A DNA stretch of 64,000 nt. Origin: Isurus oxyrinchus (lineage: Eukaryota). A model generated the notes under the pieces. The model worked only from the letters and a program-made list of their open reading frames with translations. It had not been told where the DNA came from and made no database searches. Where the stretch lies: assembly GCA_026770705.1 (NCBI GenBank), contig JANJGN010000032.1, positions 14,322,001 through 14,386,000 on the forward strand, given 5' to 3'. This document shows, one piece after another, positions 26,956 to 40,527 of the stretch (its first letter is position 1; each line of letters starts with the position of its first letter). Position numbers and translations under genes: made by a program.

Positions 26956-27196
26956 AGAGCTCTGGATGATCCTGCTGCTCACCATTTTGTTCTGCCAACA
27001 CGCTCTGAGCTCTTGGTCCCACCTGTACAAATCACCAATACTGTCCATACATTGCCAGTCTGTACATGGCTTCCCTCGACATCAGTTGCTCTATAATTCT
27101 TTATTTTTCTTCATTGTCACTGATTGTTGGCCCACCTCCATTATGCAAATAGAGCAAATACCAGCAGCCCCAACACATTGAGAAATCTCTTCTAGT

Positions 27197-28066
27197 AGAA
27201 AAAGAAAGACTTGCATTTATATAGCACCTTGCATGACTTCAGGACATTCCAAAACATTACAGCCAATGAAGTACTATTTGATGTACAGTCACTGTTGTAA
27301 TGTTGGAAACACAGCAGCTAATTTGCACACAGCAAGCTCCCATTAAAGCAATGCGATAATGATAATGATCTGATAATCTGATTTCGTGCTGCTGATTGAG
27401 ATTGACTGGCCAGGACACCAAGGAGACCACCTGCTCTTCTTCGAAATAGTGCCATCCGATCCACCTGAGACAGCAGACGGGGTCCCGCTTTCATGTCGCA
27501 TTCAAAAGACAGGACCTCAAACAGTGCAGCACTCCCTCAGTCCTGCACTGCAGTGTCAGTCCATTGTGGGGTTTTACTTGGAGCTGGTGTACTTGGTCAC
27601 CGCCTTTGTCCCTTCCGACACGGCGTGCTTGGCCAGTTCCCCGGGCAGCAGCAGGTGCACGATGGTCTGGATCTCCCCGGAGCTGATGGTACTGCGCTTG
27701 TTGTAATGGGCCAGGCGGGAAGCCTCACCCGCGATGCGCTCGAAAATATCGTTCACAAACGAAATCATGATGCTCATAGCCTTGGAGGAGATGCTGGTGT
27801 CTGGGTGAACCTGCTTCATCATTTTGTGGATGTAGATGGAGTGAGTCTCTTTCCTCGACCTTTGCTGCTTCTTGCCGCCCTTTGCTGACGGTTTCTTTAA
27901 GGCTTTCGTGGCTCCCTTCTTGGAAGCGGGTTTCTTCTCATCAATCATCTTCAGTTTCAGACACAGAGTCAGCATAAACTTTTGTACTTAAGTCTCTGAA
28001 TGGGACTTAAACCCTCAGCCTTCTACCTCAAAGAAACCCGAGGTACTAACTAAGCCACGGCTGACA
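27197..28066 (-). mobile_element. SINE family A carrying an internal H2B insert
   Basis: Head on the minus strand is tgtcagccgtggcttagttag..ggtttaagtccc at 28066-27973. Body and tail lie at 27559-27197. Confidence 0.88.
27574..27948 (-). pseudogene. H2B: Histone H2B copy, uninterrupted 124-aa ORF, probable processed pseudogene
   Basis: [77 protein letters not shown]. About nine substitutions at conserved histone-fold positions. No promoter or stem-loop. Sits inside a SINE. Confidence 0.92.
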
Positions 28067-28505
28067 TCAATACAACACATGTGGTACTTCAATAGAAGTG
28101 AGTGTAAAACCTGCAGCAGGTTTAGCTCAAGACTGTGTCAATAGATGGGATAGGTAGGGAAGGCAGTATTCTAGAGTGAAAATATATATGGCTGCAAATA
28201 GCTAACATGCATTTCTCGATGCAAAACTATTCTTTACTGAGTCTGTGAATGCTTGAATTAACTAGGGTGAAGGTCAGTAAGGACCCAATATTGTGTAGTG
28301 AGAAATTCCTGCAGGGTTTCTTCTGTTACTGTTTTACATTTATGAATATAATGTAGTGATTTATTTAACAGTGTAATTCTCAAATGATGCCAATTCTCAT
28401 TGTGAAGGGAGTGTGGACAGTTCAATGCCTGGCTTGATGGTCAATTTAATATCAACCTAACGCCTGAAAGAACTGAACAAGTAAACAGGAAGACAGAGAA
28501 AGTCA

Positions 28506-28736
28506 TGGGTTGCCAACTCTGTTGGACATATTCCTGGAGGTTTTGTCATCTGACCTCCCATAGCCCTGACCCATCAAACAGCTTTGCTTTCCCCTCAAAT
28601 CCAGAAACGATAGCATACAAACAAAATTAATATCACACCATTTTGTTTTAAGGATTCTAGGATTTACTCCAGGTTTGTCTGCAGCAGTGTCCAAGATTCC
28701 AGAAGACTCCTGGACAATCCTGAAGGGTTGGCAATG
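28506..28736. mobile_element. Short TIR element (gggttgccaac..gttggca), possibly hAT-type; related copy at about 29571-29817
   Basis: The two copies share ggttgccaactct(g)gttggacatattcctggaggttt and have inverted ends. The superfamily assignment is tentative. Confidence 0.5.
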
Positions 28737-30419
28737 TGAGAAGATGTCCAGGCAGTCTCAATCTGGCTGCCAAGTAGACACTGAATATGTCCCTGAATGT
28801 GATGCAATCTAAGATCAAAAGCCTGAAGCTGGTTAATGGACAAACCCTCCACAGGACACTGGTTACAATGGCTGTGAGCTGCACAGACCACAGGCATCTT
28901 GAGTTAGCCTCCATGGGCACCAACCTGAATTAGCTGAACAATTGACACTACAGTTGGCGTCAGCTTCCACAAGATGAAGTGAGGAATCAATCAGGGCCCA
29001 TCAGTATTCAGCGACCCTTGCTGGAAAGGCTAGATGGATCTAGAGTCAAGATTGGATGAGGATCTGCTTTGATGGACTCCTCCACTGCCTTCTAGTCAAG
29101 CAGCCTGACAACGCCCACTGTTCAGGCTTGCATTTGAAGAATGACCACATGGATAAAATATTGGAAGGCTGTCCTCACCAATGCAATTATAGCCCAGCAT
29201 GAAACACTACTTTTGGGGGTTAGGGCGTAGTGGGGGGAAGATAAATAGACCAAAATAGCAGAATGTGCAGAATGAGGTAGAAGTTGAAGCGACCTCCAAA
29301 TTGAAAGAAGCTTATGTTAAACTTGGCTCAGTTAGTAGCGCTTTAGCCTCTGAGACAGGAGGTTGTGGGTTCCAGGGAACTGAGCATTTCCTTTGCATCT
29401 GCACCCACATACACCTGTAATCTGACCACAAGCCAACTTCATGGCTTGAAAGATTGTGGCAAAATAGGCTCAAGTCTCTTCAATCGCTTAGGTCAGCCCA
29501 TCAAACCCAGCATCAGAGAGCTGGAACACTGCTCAGATTGATAATGGCCCCCAAAGATGGTGTTAACCTCAGGTTGCCAACTCTGGTTGGACATATTCCT
29601 GGAGGTTTCATCACATGATCTCTCACTTCCAACCAGGCCCCATCTGGTCAAACAGCTTTTCCCACATCTGCAATGTTTTTATAGCTAATAAATGAAAATG
29701 TTCACAGAGAATGCAAGGAAAACACCATTCTTTTTGGGCCCTATGATTTTTCTCCCAGGTTGCTTGTTGCAGAGTTCAGGAAATTAATGTTTCATTCATG
29801 GAGGGTTGTCAACTCTATTCCAATCTCCAACGCAAATAACAGTGATGGGGCACTTTAAAAAGTGCCTACATGGGAGTGATGCCTGTGATAAGAAATGGCA
29901 CACTTGTCTATTTTGGATAGTAGGCATCAAGAAATAGCATGCCCAGATCATATGACAAGCAGGCAAGATGAAGGCTAAACTCCTTCTATGCTGTTCCGCC
30001 AAAGTGTCTGAGCCCCATCCTCAGAAAAACTCCCCGAATGATCGAATATGATTTATTTTTCCACATATACACCAATAGGCTAGCCAATTTGGTGCCATTC
30101 ATGGGTATGAACAGGTATTGTATAAATGGCAGAATGATGAGAATTCAACTGTCAGTGCAGGCAGCATTTAGAGCCCAGGTCCAGAGGTGAAAGTTCAGCG
30201 CTTTGACCCAGTGCAACATTCGATTGCCTCCAACCTTTTATTGTCGATGCACTGTCCAATTTGGATAGCTGGAACTTACTACAGAACATAACTGAGATTG
30301 GACTTCAGTGACCAGTTGGGCGTATGGCTATGCCCCTCCACCATACTCTGTCAAATCAGTTCTCTCTCTTCTTCTCTTGAACACAAGACTTTCTCTGGGG
30401 CACAACTCCCATTGCTCTT

Positions 30420-31215
30420 TAGAATTATAGAATGGTCACAGCACAGAAGGAGACCATTCAGCCCATTGTGTCTACCATGATCCTCTGAAGGAACCATTCA
30501 CCTAGTGCCACTCCCCTACCTTTTCATAGTGGCCCTGCAAATTTTTCCTCTTCAGATAATGATCCATTTCTCTTTTGAAAGCCACCATTGACCCTGCCTC
30601 CACCACACTCTCAGGCCATGCATTCCAGATCATAACCACTTCCTGCGTGAAAAAGATTTTCCTCATGTTGCCATTGCTTCTTTTGCCAAACACCTTAAAT
30701 ATGTGCCCTCAGTTTCTCGATCCTTCTCCCAGTGGGAACAGTTTCTCCCTATCTACTCTGTCCAGACCCCTCATGATTTTGAATACCTCTATCAAATCTC
30801 CTCTCAACCTTCTATTCTGCAAGGAAAATAGTCCCAACTTCTCCAATCTTTCTTGGTAACTGAAGTATCTCATCCCTGGAACCATTTTTGTGAATCTTTT
30901 CTGCACCCTTTCTAATGCCTTTACATCTTTCCTAAAGTGTGATGCCCAGAACTGGATGCAATACGCCAGTTGGTGCTGAACCAGAGTTTTTTTACCCAAG
31001 TTTAACATAACTCCCTAGCTTTTGTACTCTGTGCCTCTATTTAGAAAGCCCAGGATGCCGTGTGCTTTACTGGCTGTGCTTCAACCTGTCCTGCCACCTT
31101 CAATAATTTATGTACATATGCACCCAGGTCCCTTTGCTGCACCCCCTTTTGGATTGTACCCTTTATTTTACATCGTCTATCTGCATTCTTCCTACCAAAG
31201 TGAATCGCTTCACAC
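30420..31215 (-). mobile_element. CR1 LINE ORF2 3' fragment
   Basis: ORFs read LAYCIQFWASHFRKDVKALERVQKRFTKMVPGM..LEKLGLFSLQNRRLRGDLIEVFKIM. Confidence 0.93.
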
Positions 31216-31879
31216 TCTAATACCTCCCAAGTGCCTATCCTTCATGAACAGGCTTTGACTGAGTATTAATATTCGAGGGCTTCACTACTGAACCTGATTC
31301 TTGCTGTTTAAAGGCAATGTGCTGGGTAAACAGTGCATGCTGCATCTGAATCACCCACTGGAAGACAGCAAATGCATTCTTACGACTTTGGATCAAGTCC
31401 TCCATGAAGAATTATGAGTTCCCATTTCCTCTCCTTGCCCCAGATGTACTTAAATCCACAATAATCACAAACAATGAGAGTTCATTTTCAGTCAAGCGGA
31501 ACCCTGTGTGGGTTGAAACCATATTACATTTGCTCATGGTATCACAAAGTTCATTTTCCTTCAGGCCATCTAAACCCAAGCATGAATTACAGCACTGAGA
31601 AGCAGTCATTTATCAGCATAAAAAAAAACACTTGCCGACTAAAGCAACTGCCCCAGGAAAACGCTGCTTGGCTTAGGGATGTGTTTGATTAACAGATTCT
31701 GCCTGCAGCCAACGAAACTGTGATCAATTATTATGCCAGGGAATGATGGTTTGAAACATAACCTATTATTCTTCCTGAATATAGGCTTCAGCAATGTAGC
31801 TCATCGCATGCTGGTATGATGAGAGTGCATTGTGATGCCAAGCTACTGGAATGGGTTACAGGCAGGGGAATTTGATTTC

Positions 31880-32298
31880 TTTTAATATTCATTCATTCAT
31901 GTGATGCGGACATTGCTGACTAGGCCAGCATTTGTTGCCTATTCCTAATTGCCCTTGAGAAGGTGTTGGTGGGCTGCCTTCTTGAACAGCTGCAGTCCAT
32001 GTGGTTCAACTTTCTAACGGTTTGAGACGATAATGGCTTGCTAAGCCATTTCAGAGGGCAATTAAGATTCAACGGCTGTGGGTCTGGAGGTCTGGACCAC
32101 AGACCACTTCCTTCCCTCCCATTCATGGACCAGATGGATTTTTAACCAGAAACAATGATCACCACATAAGACTAACTGAATTTATTAATTCATTGAATTT
32201 AAATTCCACCAGCTACCATGGTGGGATTTGAACCCATGCCCCCAGCCTATTAGCCTGGGCCTCTACATCCAAGTGGTACCACTGCACCACCATCTCCC
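31880..32298 (-). mobile_element. SINE family B / shared LINE tail
   Basis: Reverse copy of the family B tail and head. Confidence 0.75.
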
Positions 32299-33011
32299 TA
32301 TACCCCTGTACAGCACAGGCTGGTAGTGGCAGAAACTATACAAGTTTTGCTGTACAGGATTAGAGAGAGCCAGCAAAAAGTCAGCATGTTGCAATTTAAC
32401 TGAAGGGGGTCCCGAAGGTCTCAAAGTACAAATGAAGCTTGATTGGTGTATGAATGGATTTCTAATGTTGAATCATGGTCCTGTAGCTCACTGCTACATA
32501 TTGAAAAGGTTCTTCCTTGCTCCACCCCTGGCCAATCCCACCTCCTGAAGATGAGACATGTGGAGTCTGGTTCTGTGTTTCCAGGCATCCCACGGGTACC
32601 ACTGATATCATTTGTGACCCTAGAACAATGAGTGTTGGGACCTTATTGGACCACGGAAGTTATCACAGCCAAACAAAATGGTGCATGGTACCTGTGCACA
32701 GTCATATTGCAGGAAGATCATGTGTGGAGGTTTGAAGGCACTGGATGGTGGTCAAGAGCAGAATCCTTGGCTGAGATTTTTCCCCTATTTGCTTTGGGGC
32801 ACTTGATTCCTACATCTGTCCTAGCTCTTATCGATTAACTCGCCACAGCCCCAAGTTCCACCAGCTGCACTGCACTTAGCTCCACCAGAGCAAACTGCAC
32901 AAAGCTCCACAGTGCTAGCAAGTCCTCACACGCAGCCAGCTCATCATCAGAAAGTTGTGCTGGCAGTGATTTTCCATTGATTGATTTCAAAATCAACCTG
33001 AGCGAGACATC

Positions 33012-34284
33012 GGGTGGAATTGTTCCAGATTTGCACAAAGTGTGGTAGCAGGTGGGAAAATAATCATTTTACCTGCAGTCCGCAGTGGCGGGTTTTCACA
33101 CTGTATCATTCCATTCCCAACTCATTATTTAGGCACCCTCAGGGCACACGCGATCTTGCTGGTGGGCAGCCTTTGATTTGCCCACCATGCCGTTACCTCA
33201 CCACTTCTTCACACAGGGAGCCATATTTAAACTGTATCCATGTGCACACTTCTCAATGCTTGCAGCTCAGGAGGGCACCAGTGAAAACATGGCCCCAAAA
33301 GCCAAGAGGAGTGCAGCACCCAATTCAGTGACGCATCCCAGGGATGCCCTCCGGACACCATGGTGGCCCGCCACAATGTCCTCTACCCCCGCTCTGGCCA
33401 CAGGAGGCCCATCAATCTCACCACTTTAGCTTGGGAGGAGGTGGCAGAGGTGGTCAGTGCCAACGCTGTACACAAGAGGATGGCCATCCAGTGCAGAAAG
33501 AGGATGAATGATCTCATCTGTGCCACCAGGGTAAGACAACCATCTCATCACTCTAATCTCACACACTCAAGCCCATCACACACTCACTGGCATCTCACTC
33601 ACTGCCAGCTCAAGGGACATCACCACTCACTCTCTCACACACACCTTCACATCTCCATCTGGCCTCATCTCCTCTGGAGGCTGCCTCCTCTTCACCATCT
33701 TGAGGCCACTTACACAGAACCTACACACACCCTGGGATACCCTCCTTCCCTAGTACAGCCTTCACCCTGCAGCCTCTTCCCTTGCCTGAGGCCACTTCTC
33801 CCCTTTCCCCAAGCAAGCCCTAGTCCTGCAGCCGTTGAAAAGCCACCCCCGCCTTACGGCTGGTCTGGTAGGTAGAGACCTGCCCGTGAGCCCCCCTAAA
33901 AGTGATGTGGTGCTGCCTGTGAAGCCTGGAGCTGATGACTGCGAGTGCTGCCTGAAGCAAGATAGGCAAACAAACCTGGGAGTTCCAAGCAAAGTGCAGC
34001 TCACCAGGTGCATCTCGCTTATGTACAGTTGTGAAACACTTCGCCGTGATGTCTAGATGATCCAGTGTGGGGGGGGGGATGATTCCGGTAAGCAGGGCTT
34101 TTAATGAGATGCTAAAGGATTTAAATTAGATTCCTGGCGTGCAGTGGTGGGAAACGTGGCCCACCATTGACGGGTGGAGCGGACGCTCGCAAACTGGTTT
34201 CACGGCGGTGTGAAACTGATTTTTGGCCTTCTCGCCATATTATCCACTCACGCCTGTTGCCAATGGGACCAGGCAATTCTGCCC
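33012..34284 (+). mobile_element. Internally deleted Harbinger retaining Myb/SANT exon 1 (about 33289-33530)
   Basis: TIRs gggtggaattgt / gcaattctgccc. Translation MAPKAKRSAAP.FSDAS..VLYPRSGHRRP..AWEEVAEVVSANAVHKRMAIQCRKRMNDLI is followed by donor gtaaga. Flanking triplets atc/act do not match. Confidence 0.8.
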
Positions 34285-34644
34285 ACTGAGTGAGAGCAAG
34301 AATGTTTTCTTGTTAATATCACCTGAGACATAATCTGTGCTGAGCATCCTAGTCCAGCAGCAGAAAGCAAACATTGTAAACTTTGGCTTTAAATCATGCT
34401 CACAGCTTTCCTGATAGCCTTGGAGAGGGGAAAGTGTTTTGTGCAGCAGACCAGAAGGTTTCAGGCTCACGTTCAGATAGGCATTGAGTTAGGAACAAGC
34501 AAAAGTTGAGAGTTCCCATTCCTGAAGACTGTCCAGTCCTGCTTGCTGGAAAGAGCATGTGTGTGGAGACTGGGCGAGGACAGGGTCAGGGCAGGTGTAA
34601 CTCACTCTGATTAAATGACCTGATGACTCTCATAGTCCAAGCAA

Positions 34645-35060
34645 CTGTCTTGGCTCAGTTGATAGCACTCTTACTTTTTGAGTCAAAAGGCTGTGGTTCA
34701 AGTCCCACTCCAGAGACTTGAGCACAAAAACCTGTGCATTGACACTCTAGTGCTGTACTGTTGGAGATGCCAAGTAGCAATGTAATCATGACCAGATAAT
34801 CTGTTTTGATTAAGTAATGTTAGTTGACAGATAAACATTGGCCAGAAAACTGGAGACAACTCCCCTGTTCTTCTTCAAAATAGTGCCATGAGATCTTTTA
34901 TGTCTAGGGCCTCAGCTTAACAGCTCACTTGAAAGACAATACCTCCAACAGTGCAGCACTCCCTCCATACTGCACTGGAGTGTCAGCCTGGATTTTTGTG
35001 GTTAAGAGCGGGACTTGAACTACAACCTTGTGACTCAGAGGTATGAGCCAAAGCTGATAC
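34645..35060. mobile_element. Two truncated SINE A copies in inverted orientation
   Basis: A plus-strand head (34645-34771) is joined to a minus-strand head and body (about 34776-35060). Confidence 0.75.
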
Positions 35061-35631
35061 AGCATATGCCAACTGAGAGTATATGGCATACTTTAATTAA
35101 CGAATATATGGATCACAAAACTGCCATTGCTTCTGTGTTTGTCATGTGATTAATATAACATATATATACTTAACTTATAGGCCATCCTTCTTTGTCGCCC
35201 TTTCCCTTAAGTCACACTGAACCCACTGAAGAATAACTCGGAAAAGGTTAACCAATTTAAAAACAAAACATTATAAATAACAATTGACTGTTGACAAGTT
35301 TAAGACAGTACTCAATTGAGGTTCTGCTGACGTTCATAAATTGCTCAGTCATAGTTAATGATGTCACCAAAACCATTTGATTGAATTACTGTCGAATAAC
35401 TTACTGTTGGCCATCTGTTATCCCCTTAAGTACACAGCATTCATTTACTTTTTAAACATGCAAACTTTTTCGACAACTGACAGAAAACCCATTACAAAGC
35501 CTTGTGCAGCCATTAGTGCATGTGCAACTGAGTAGGCACAATATATCACATTTCTATGCTTTACAACAGGCTCTTTATGGATTATGCATCAGCGGTAATG
35601 AAATAAAATAGCAGAAAGCAAAAATACAAAT

Positions 35632-36740
35632 GGATGATAGTGCAGTGGTTATGTTACTAGATTAATAATCTAAAAACCTGGACTCAATCCAGAGACATGA
35701 GTTCAAATCCCACCTTTACAGATTAAGAATTTAAATTAGGTTAATTAAAGAAGTAACATTCACACCACACAAGTGCCAGGCAATGACCATCTCCAACTAG
35801 AGAGTTGAACCATCTCCCTTTAACATTCAATGGCATTACCATTGCTGAGTCCCCCACTATCAACATCCTGGAGGTTACCAATGACCAAAAACTGAACTGG
35901 ACCAGCCATATAAATACTGTAGCTAAAAGAGCAGGTCAGAGGCAAATAACTCACCTCCTGATTTGCCACAGCCTGTCCACCATCTACAAGGCACAAGTCA
36001 GGAGTGTGATGGAATACTCTCCACTTGCCTGGATGAGTGCAACTTCCACAGCACTCAAGAAGCTTGACACCATCCAGAACAAAGCAGTCCACTTGACTGG
36101 CGCCCCTTCCACCACCTTTAACACTCACTCCCTCCACCACTGACTCACTGTGGCAGCAGTATGTACCATCTACAAGATGTACCACAGGATGTGCTTTGAT
36201 GGCACCTTCCAAACTCGCGATCTCTATCTACTGGAAGGACAAGGGCAGCAGACACATGGGAACACCACCACCTGCTAGTTTCCTTTCAAGCTACACACCA
36301 TCCGGACTTCACTGTTGCTGGGTCAAAATCCTGGAACCCCCTCCCTAACAGCAGCAAGTCAAGAAGGCGGCTCACCACCACCTTCGCAAGGGCAGTTAGG
36401 GACGGACAACAAATCCTGGCCTTGCCAGTGATGCCCACATCTCATGAAAGAAGAAATAAAATCTAGAATATAATATATTAAATCAATAATAATGACCATG
36501 AAATAACCAGATTGCTGTAAAAACCTATCTGGTTCCCCAATGTCCTTTACAGAAGAAAATCTGCTGTCGTGACACAGCATGGATTACATGTGTCTCCAAG
36601 TTCTTAGCAATATGGTTGACTTTAAACTATCCTCTGAAATGGCCTGGCAAGCCACTCGGTTGTATTCAAAAACATAGCTCACCACCACCTTCTCAAGGGC
36701 AATAAAGGCTGGTCTTGCCAGAGAAGCCCACATCCTCAAT
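35632..36740 (+). mobile_element. SINE B split by a CR1-clade LINE 3' fragment (about 35751-36455)
   Basis: LINE ORF reads NHLPLTFNGITIAESPTINIL..LNWTSHIN..IYKAQVRSVMEYSPLAWMSA..KKLDTIQ. The SINE head lies before it and the SINE body after it. Confidence 0.85.
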
Positions 36741-37059
36741 CAGGGCTGAGGGTCCACAGATGTCACATGATTTTAGCTGTCTTCCAAGATGACTCGTACC
36801 AGTATTCGTAGTTTATACCACTGCTGATGCGAACAGAATGACTAAAATGGTGAGAGACTGAAAGATAATCTAACTTGTGGCATCAAGGGATACACTTTTC
36901 AATCATCCCTTCTGCAGTCAATTAATGAATGTTTTTCTCCACACTTCAATGGGGCATTGAGGAGAACTTTTCTTCACACAGTGAGTTGTTGTGATCTGGA
37001 ACACACTGCTTGAAAGGATAGTGGAAGAAGATTCAATAGTAACTTTCAAAAGGATATGT

Positions 37060-37512
37060 GCTCATTGAGGCCATTGAAAAACTAATTAAGGTCATTAATA
37101 GGCCTGCCCGTCCAACCTTAAGGTTGGTGGGCAGGCCAGGAGCCCTGGCGGGCTTGTGAAAAAGCATCAAACCTCATCCACTGGTGGGATGAGGTTTCAT
37201 GAGGGTATTTAAATTTTTATCCAATCTTTTAATAAAAGTTATGGACATGTCCCAACTCATGTGACAGTGTCACATGAGGGGACATGTCAGGGAAATTTTT
37301 TTATCACTTGTATTAAAAATTTTAAATCTGAGCTGATCTCCCTGAGACAGCACTTAGCCTCAGGGAGATTGGTGCCCTCTTTCCCCTCCGCCCGCACAGA
37401 GAGCGCACAGTGCTTCTGAGCGGACGTCACGCTGGGCGGGCCTTAACTGGCTCGCTCACGTAAAATGGTAGTGTGCTCCTGCACTTCCCCCAATGGGGAG
37501 AAAATTTTTCCC
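37060..37512. mobile_element. Harbinger MITE, one end truncated
   Basis: All three internal palindromes are present. Ends in TIR-like aaaatttttt-ccc. Confidence 0.8.
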
Positions 37513-38639
37513 AATGAGTCCATATTGGTAATACAGGCATAGAGATGAGTGGGGCCCATACAGTTTTCCACCCATTAAATATTTAGGATAGAAAATCCTG
37601 CTTTGACCGCTGCTCCCAAATTCCCAAACTGCACTCCCATCGCTCAAAATCCCTGATCTGGGAAATGAACTGGTAAAATTGATTCTCATGTTCTCTGAAA
37701 GGGAGTCAAGTCTGGGCTTAATTGGCCAGACAAACGATGACAGCAGTTAGACACTGACCACAAATTGGACACTAACCTGCATGTTCTTGTTGAAAAAATC
37801 TGACCAAGATTCTAAATTTGAGGTTTCCAAAAGTGCCATTAATTTTTCTCCCTTAATTGAAATATTTCCATGCTTTCAGCATTCCCTCCCGTAGCTCCAC
37901 AGGTGTTAATGGTCCTGTCACACTTTTCCAGTTCATTTTTGTCTCTGTCTATAATTACCTGCCCTCAAAATTTGCACAAAAGATTTATGATATGGATATA
38001 CACCAGCCCTCAATTGGGATTAAAATTTGAATTTTGCAACTACCCAGCTTTATGGATCTTAACTGTTAAAAGCTGAGTAGAACCTGAGGTGTAGTGAGCA
38101 GAATCACAGATTGGGAATTTTCCTGGGGCTTTCCACTGAACTTGTGTTGAATTTACAGTAGTGGAGTGGGAGAAAACCCAAGGAACTTCCTGGCAATACA
38201 GCTTCCAACACAAACAGGTCATTCAGCCAATCAAGGCTCTGCAAGCATTTTACTCCAAGCAAATTACCTGGTCTAATCCCACCCATTTCCCATAGCCTTG
38301 AATATTCCTCTTTCTCTAGCAACGTTCAATTCCCTAATTGAAGAATTTGTGGGCTCCGCTTTAGCAACAGTTTGTGACAGGAGAATTTCACAATTCAACC
38401 ACCTTGCTGTGTAAAGTGTTACTTTCAACTTTTCCCAGTAATTCGTTTTGTGGTCATCTTAAATTCATACCTTTAAAGTTGGGGACAAGAGAAAGCCATT
38501 GACAGTGTCAGAAAGCTCAAGTATTGGGCTCTCTGTTTCATGAGGAGCTCAGACTAGGAGGTGGGTCTCATGGAGAAGATGAGCTTGGTGAGGGTCGGGC
38601 AAAGATGGGGAAAAAGCTGTCAAGTGATAATGGGGTCAG

Positions 38640-39095
38640 GCTAAACAACAACTTGTATTTACATAGCGCCTTTAACATAATAAAACATCACAAGGTGCTT
38701 CACAGGAGCGTTATAAAACAAAATATGACACTGAGCCACTCAAGGTGCTATTTGGTCACTCAAAAGCTTTGTCAAAGTGATAGGTTTCAAGAAGTGTCAT
38801 AAAAGGAGGAAAGCGAGGTACAGAGTAGGAGAGGTTTAGGGAGGGAATTCCAGAGCTTGGGGCCTGGGCAGCTGAAGGCACAGCCAACAATGGTAGAGCG
38901 ATTAAAATTGGGGACGGTCAAAAGGCCAGAATTAGAGGAACACAGATATCTCGGAGGGTTATAGAGTTGGAGGAGATTACTGAGATAGGGAGGGGCGAGG
39001 CCATGGAGGGATTTGAAAACAAGAATAAGGATTTTCAAATCAAGACATTGCTTGACCAGGAGCCAATGTAAGTCAGCGAGCACAGGGGTGATAGG
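38640..39095 (-). mobile_element. L2 LINE ORF2 C-terminus and tail
   Basis: ORF reads LADLHWLLVKQCLDLKILILVFKSLHGLAPPYLS..AFSCPGPKLWNSLP. Confidence 0.92.
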
Positions 39096-40527
39096 TAAAG
39101 TAAGAACAGGTTATTTGCTCCAACAAGATCACTCCAATCTACATCCATATTTTATATCTATGATACAGACAGATTCTGCTAACTTGTCCTGGCAACACAC
39201 TCACACTCACATCCTCCATAATCAGCAACCTATTTTCTTTTCAGAAGAGTTCCACAGATGCTACACTCACTGCACTTGATACTTTATTCGACAAGTTGAC
39301 AATGTCAAGTGACAATAAGTTGAGTTGTGAAGGACTGATGCTTCAAAATGCCTGCAACAATAGATGAACGCTCTCCTTGAGTCTTGCTAATTTACTATCT
39401 GTCCTGTCAAAAATCTTGATACCGCTAAAGCATAGTTGCCATTGTCAGAAGTACTTTAGAGGTTACTTGCTACAATTTTTCTGATCTGTCTGTAATTGTA
39501 GAGCTTTAGATTGTCAAGGCCTAGAATCAAGGTTCCAGCCTGGCTACATTTAGAGGAAGTTTTAGCTAGTGGTTCCTGAATATATATCATGATAATTGCT
39601 AAAAGCGTTCAGTGCTGTCACGAATACAGTGAAATCAGCATCAAGCAGTCATATCAACAAAAAAGAAAGGTTGTTCCCAATGGGTGAATTTAGTTGAATT
39701 CTGAAATTCTATACCTTAAACTCAGCCACAGTGACATTTGAAAATGAGAACTTCAATGCTTTAGGTAGGGAATGAGAAAGTAAACTTGACTGAGAGTTTG
39801 AAATGGCCCTAATGTAGGTTTAAGCCTAGAACCAATTCAGAGACTGAACATGGAAATTGTCCCAAGACTTAAGGTGAGCAAACCTCCACATTTTAGCATT
39901 TTATCCAATTATTTGAGGGTATGATGTGTCAGTTGTAAATATCATTGTATTCTTAAAAGTATGTGTGTGTTTCACATTGGAATTCACTCAAGTACAAAAT
40001 AACATAATTAGCCATTTGAACTGACCGACCAAGAGTCAGGAATATTAATATTGTAGATCATGCAATTATAGATTCATAGGTCTGAGTTTTACAGTGTTGG
40101 AGTGAGTGCGCAGCGCTCCTGATCTCACGTAAAATGGCACGCAATGATGCTGGGAGGGCATCCTGACATCATTGTGCTGTTGCATGTTACAGTCGGTGGG
40201 CACATACGGATGTTGGAAGCACACCCACCAACAATTAAAGTGGCAATTAAGCAAATTACAAAGGTAATTGACAGCAATTTTACACGGCCCATGTGATTTC
40301 ACGCTCAGCGCACGGGCCACTCAGCCAAACAGTCTTCACGTTTTTCATGAAACCTCAATCCAGGGTGGGATAAAAGACAAACAGGATTTTGGCGAGGTGA
40401 GTTGGTTGGAGTTGGCTTAGAGACAATTTCTGTGTTCTGGAGAATTCTTTGATTTCTCAGCATTTGCAGAGGTTTTCTGCTGAGAGACCCCTTCAGTGCA
40501 CCATCCTGTGCAATCATCTTTAAGAAA

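Noticed and set aside
27949-27975. Extended H2B N-terminus MLTLCLKLK in the ORF track
   Set aside because: The upstream ATG lies in SINE sequence. The histone start is the ATG at 27948.
25544-31538. Isolated AG..GT exon candidates (25544-25582, from 26055, 31444-31538)
   Set aside because: No recognisable product or consistent chain; expected by chance.
32400-33010. Possible Gypsy integrase C-terminal remnant (WTTEVITAK..TVILQEDHVWR)
   Set aside because: Similarity is too short and weak to call without an HMM search.
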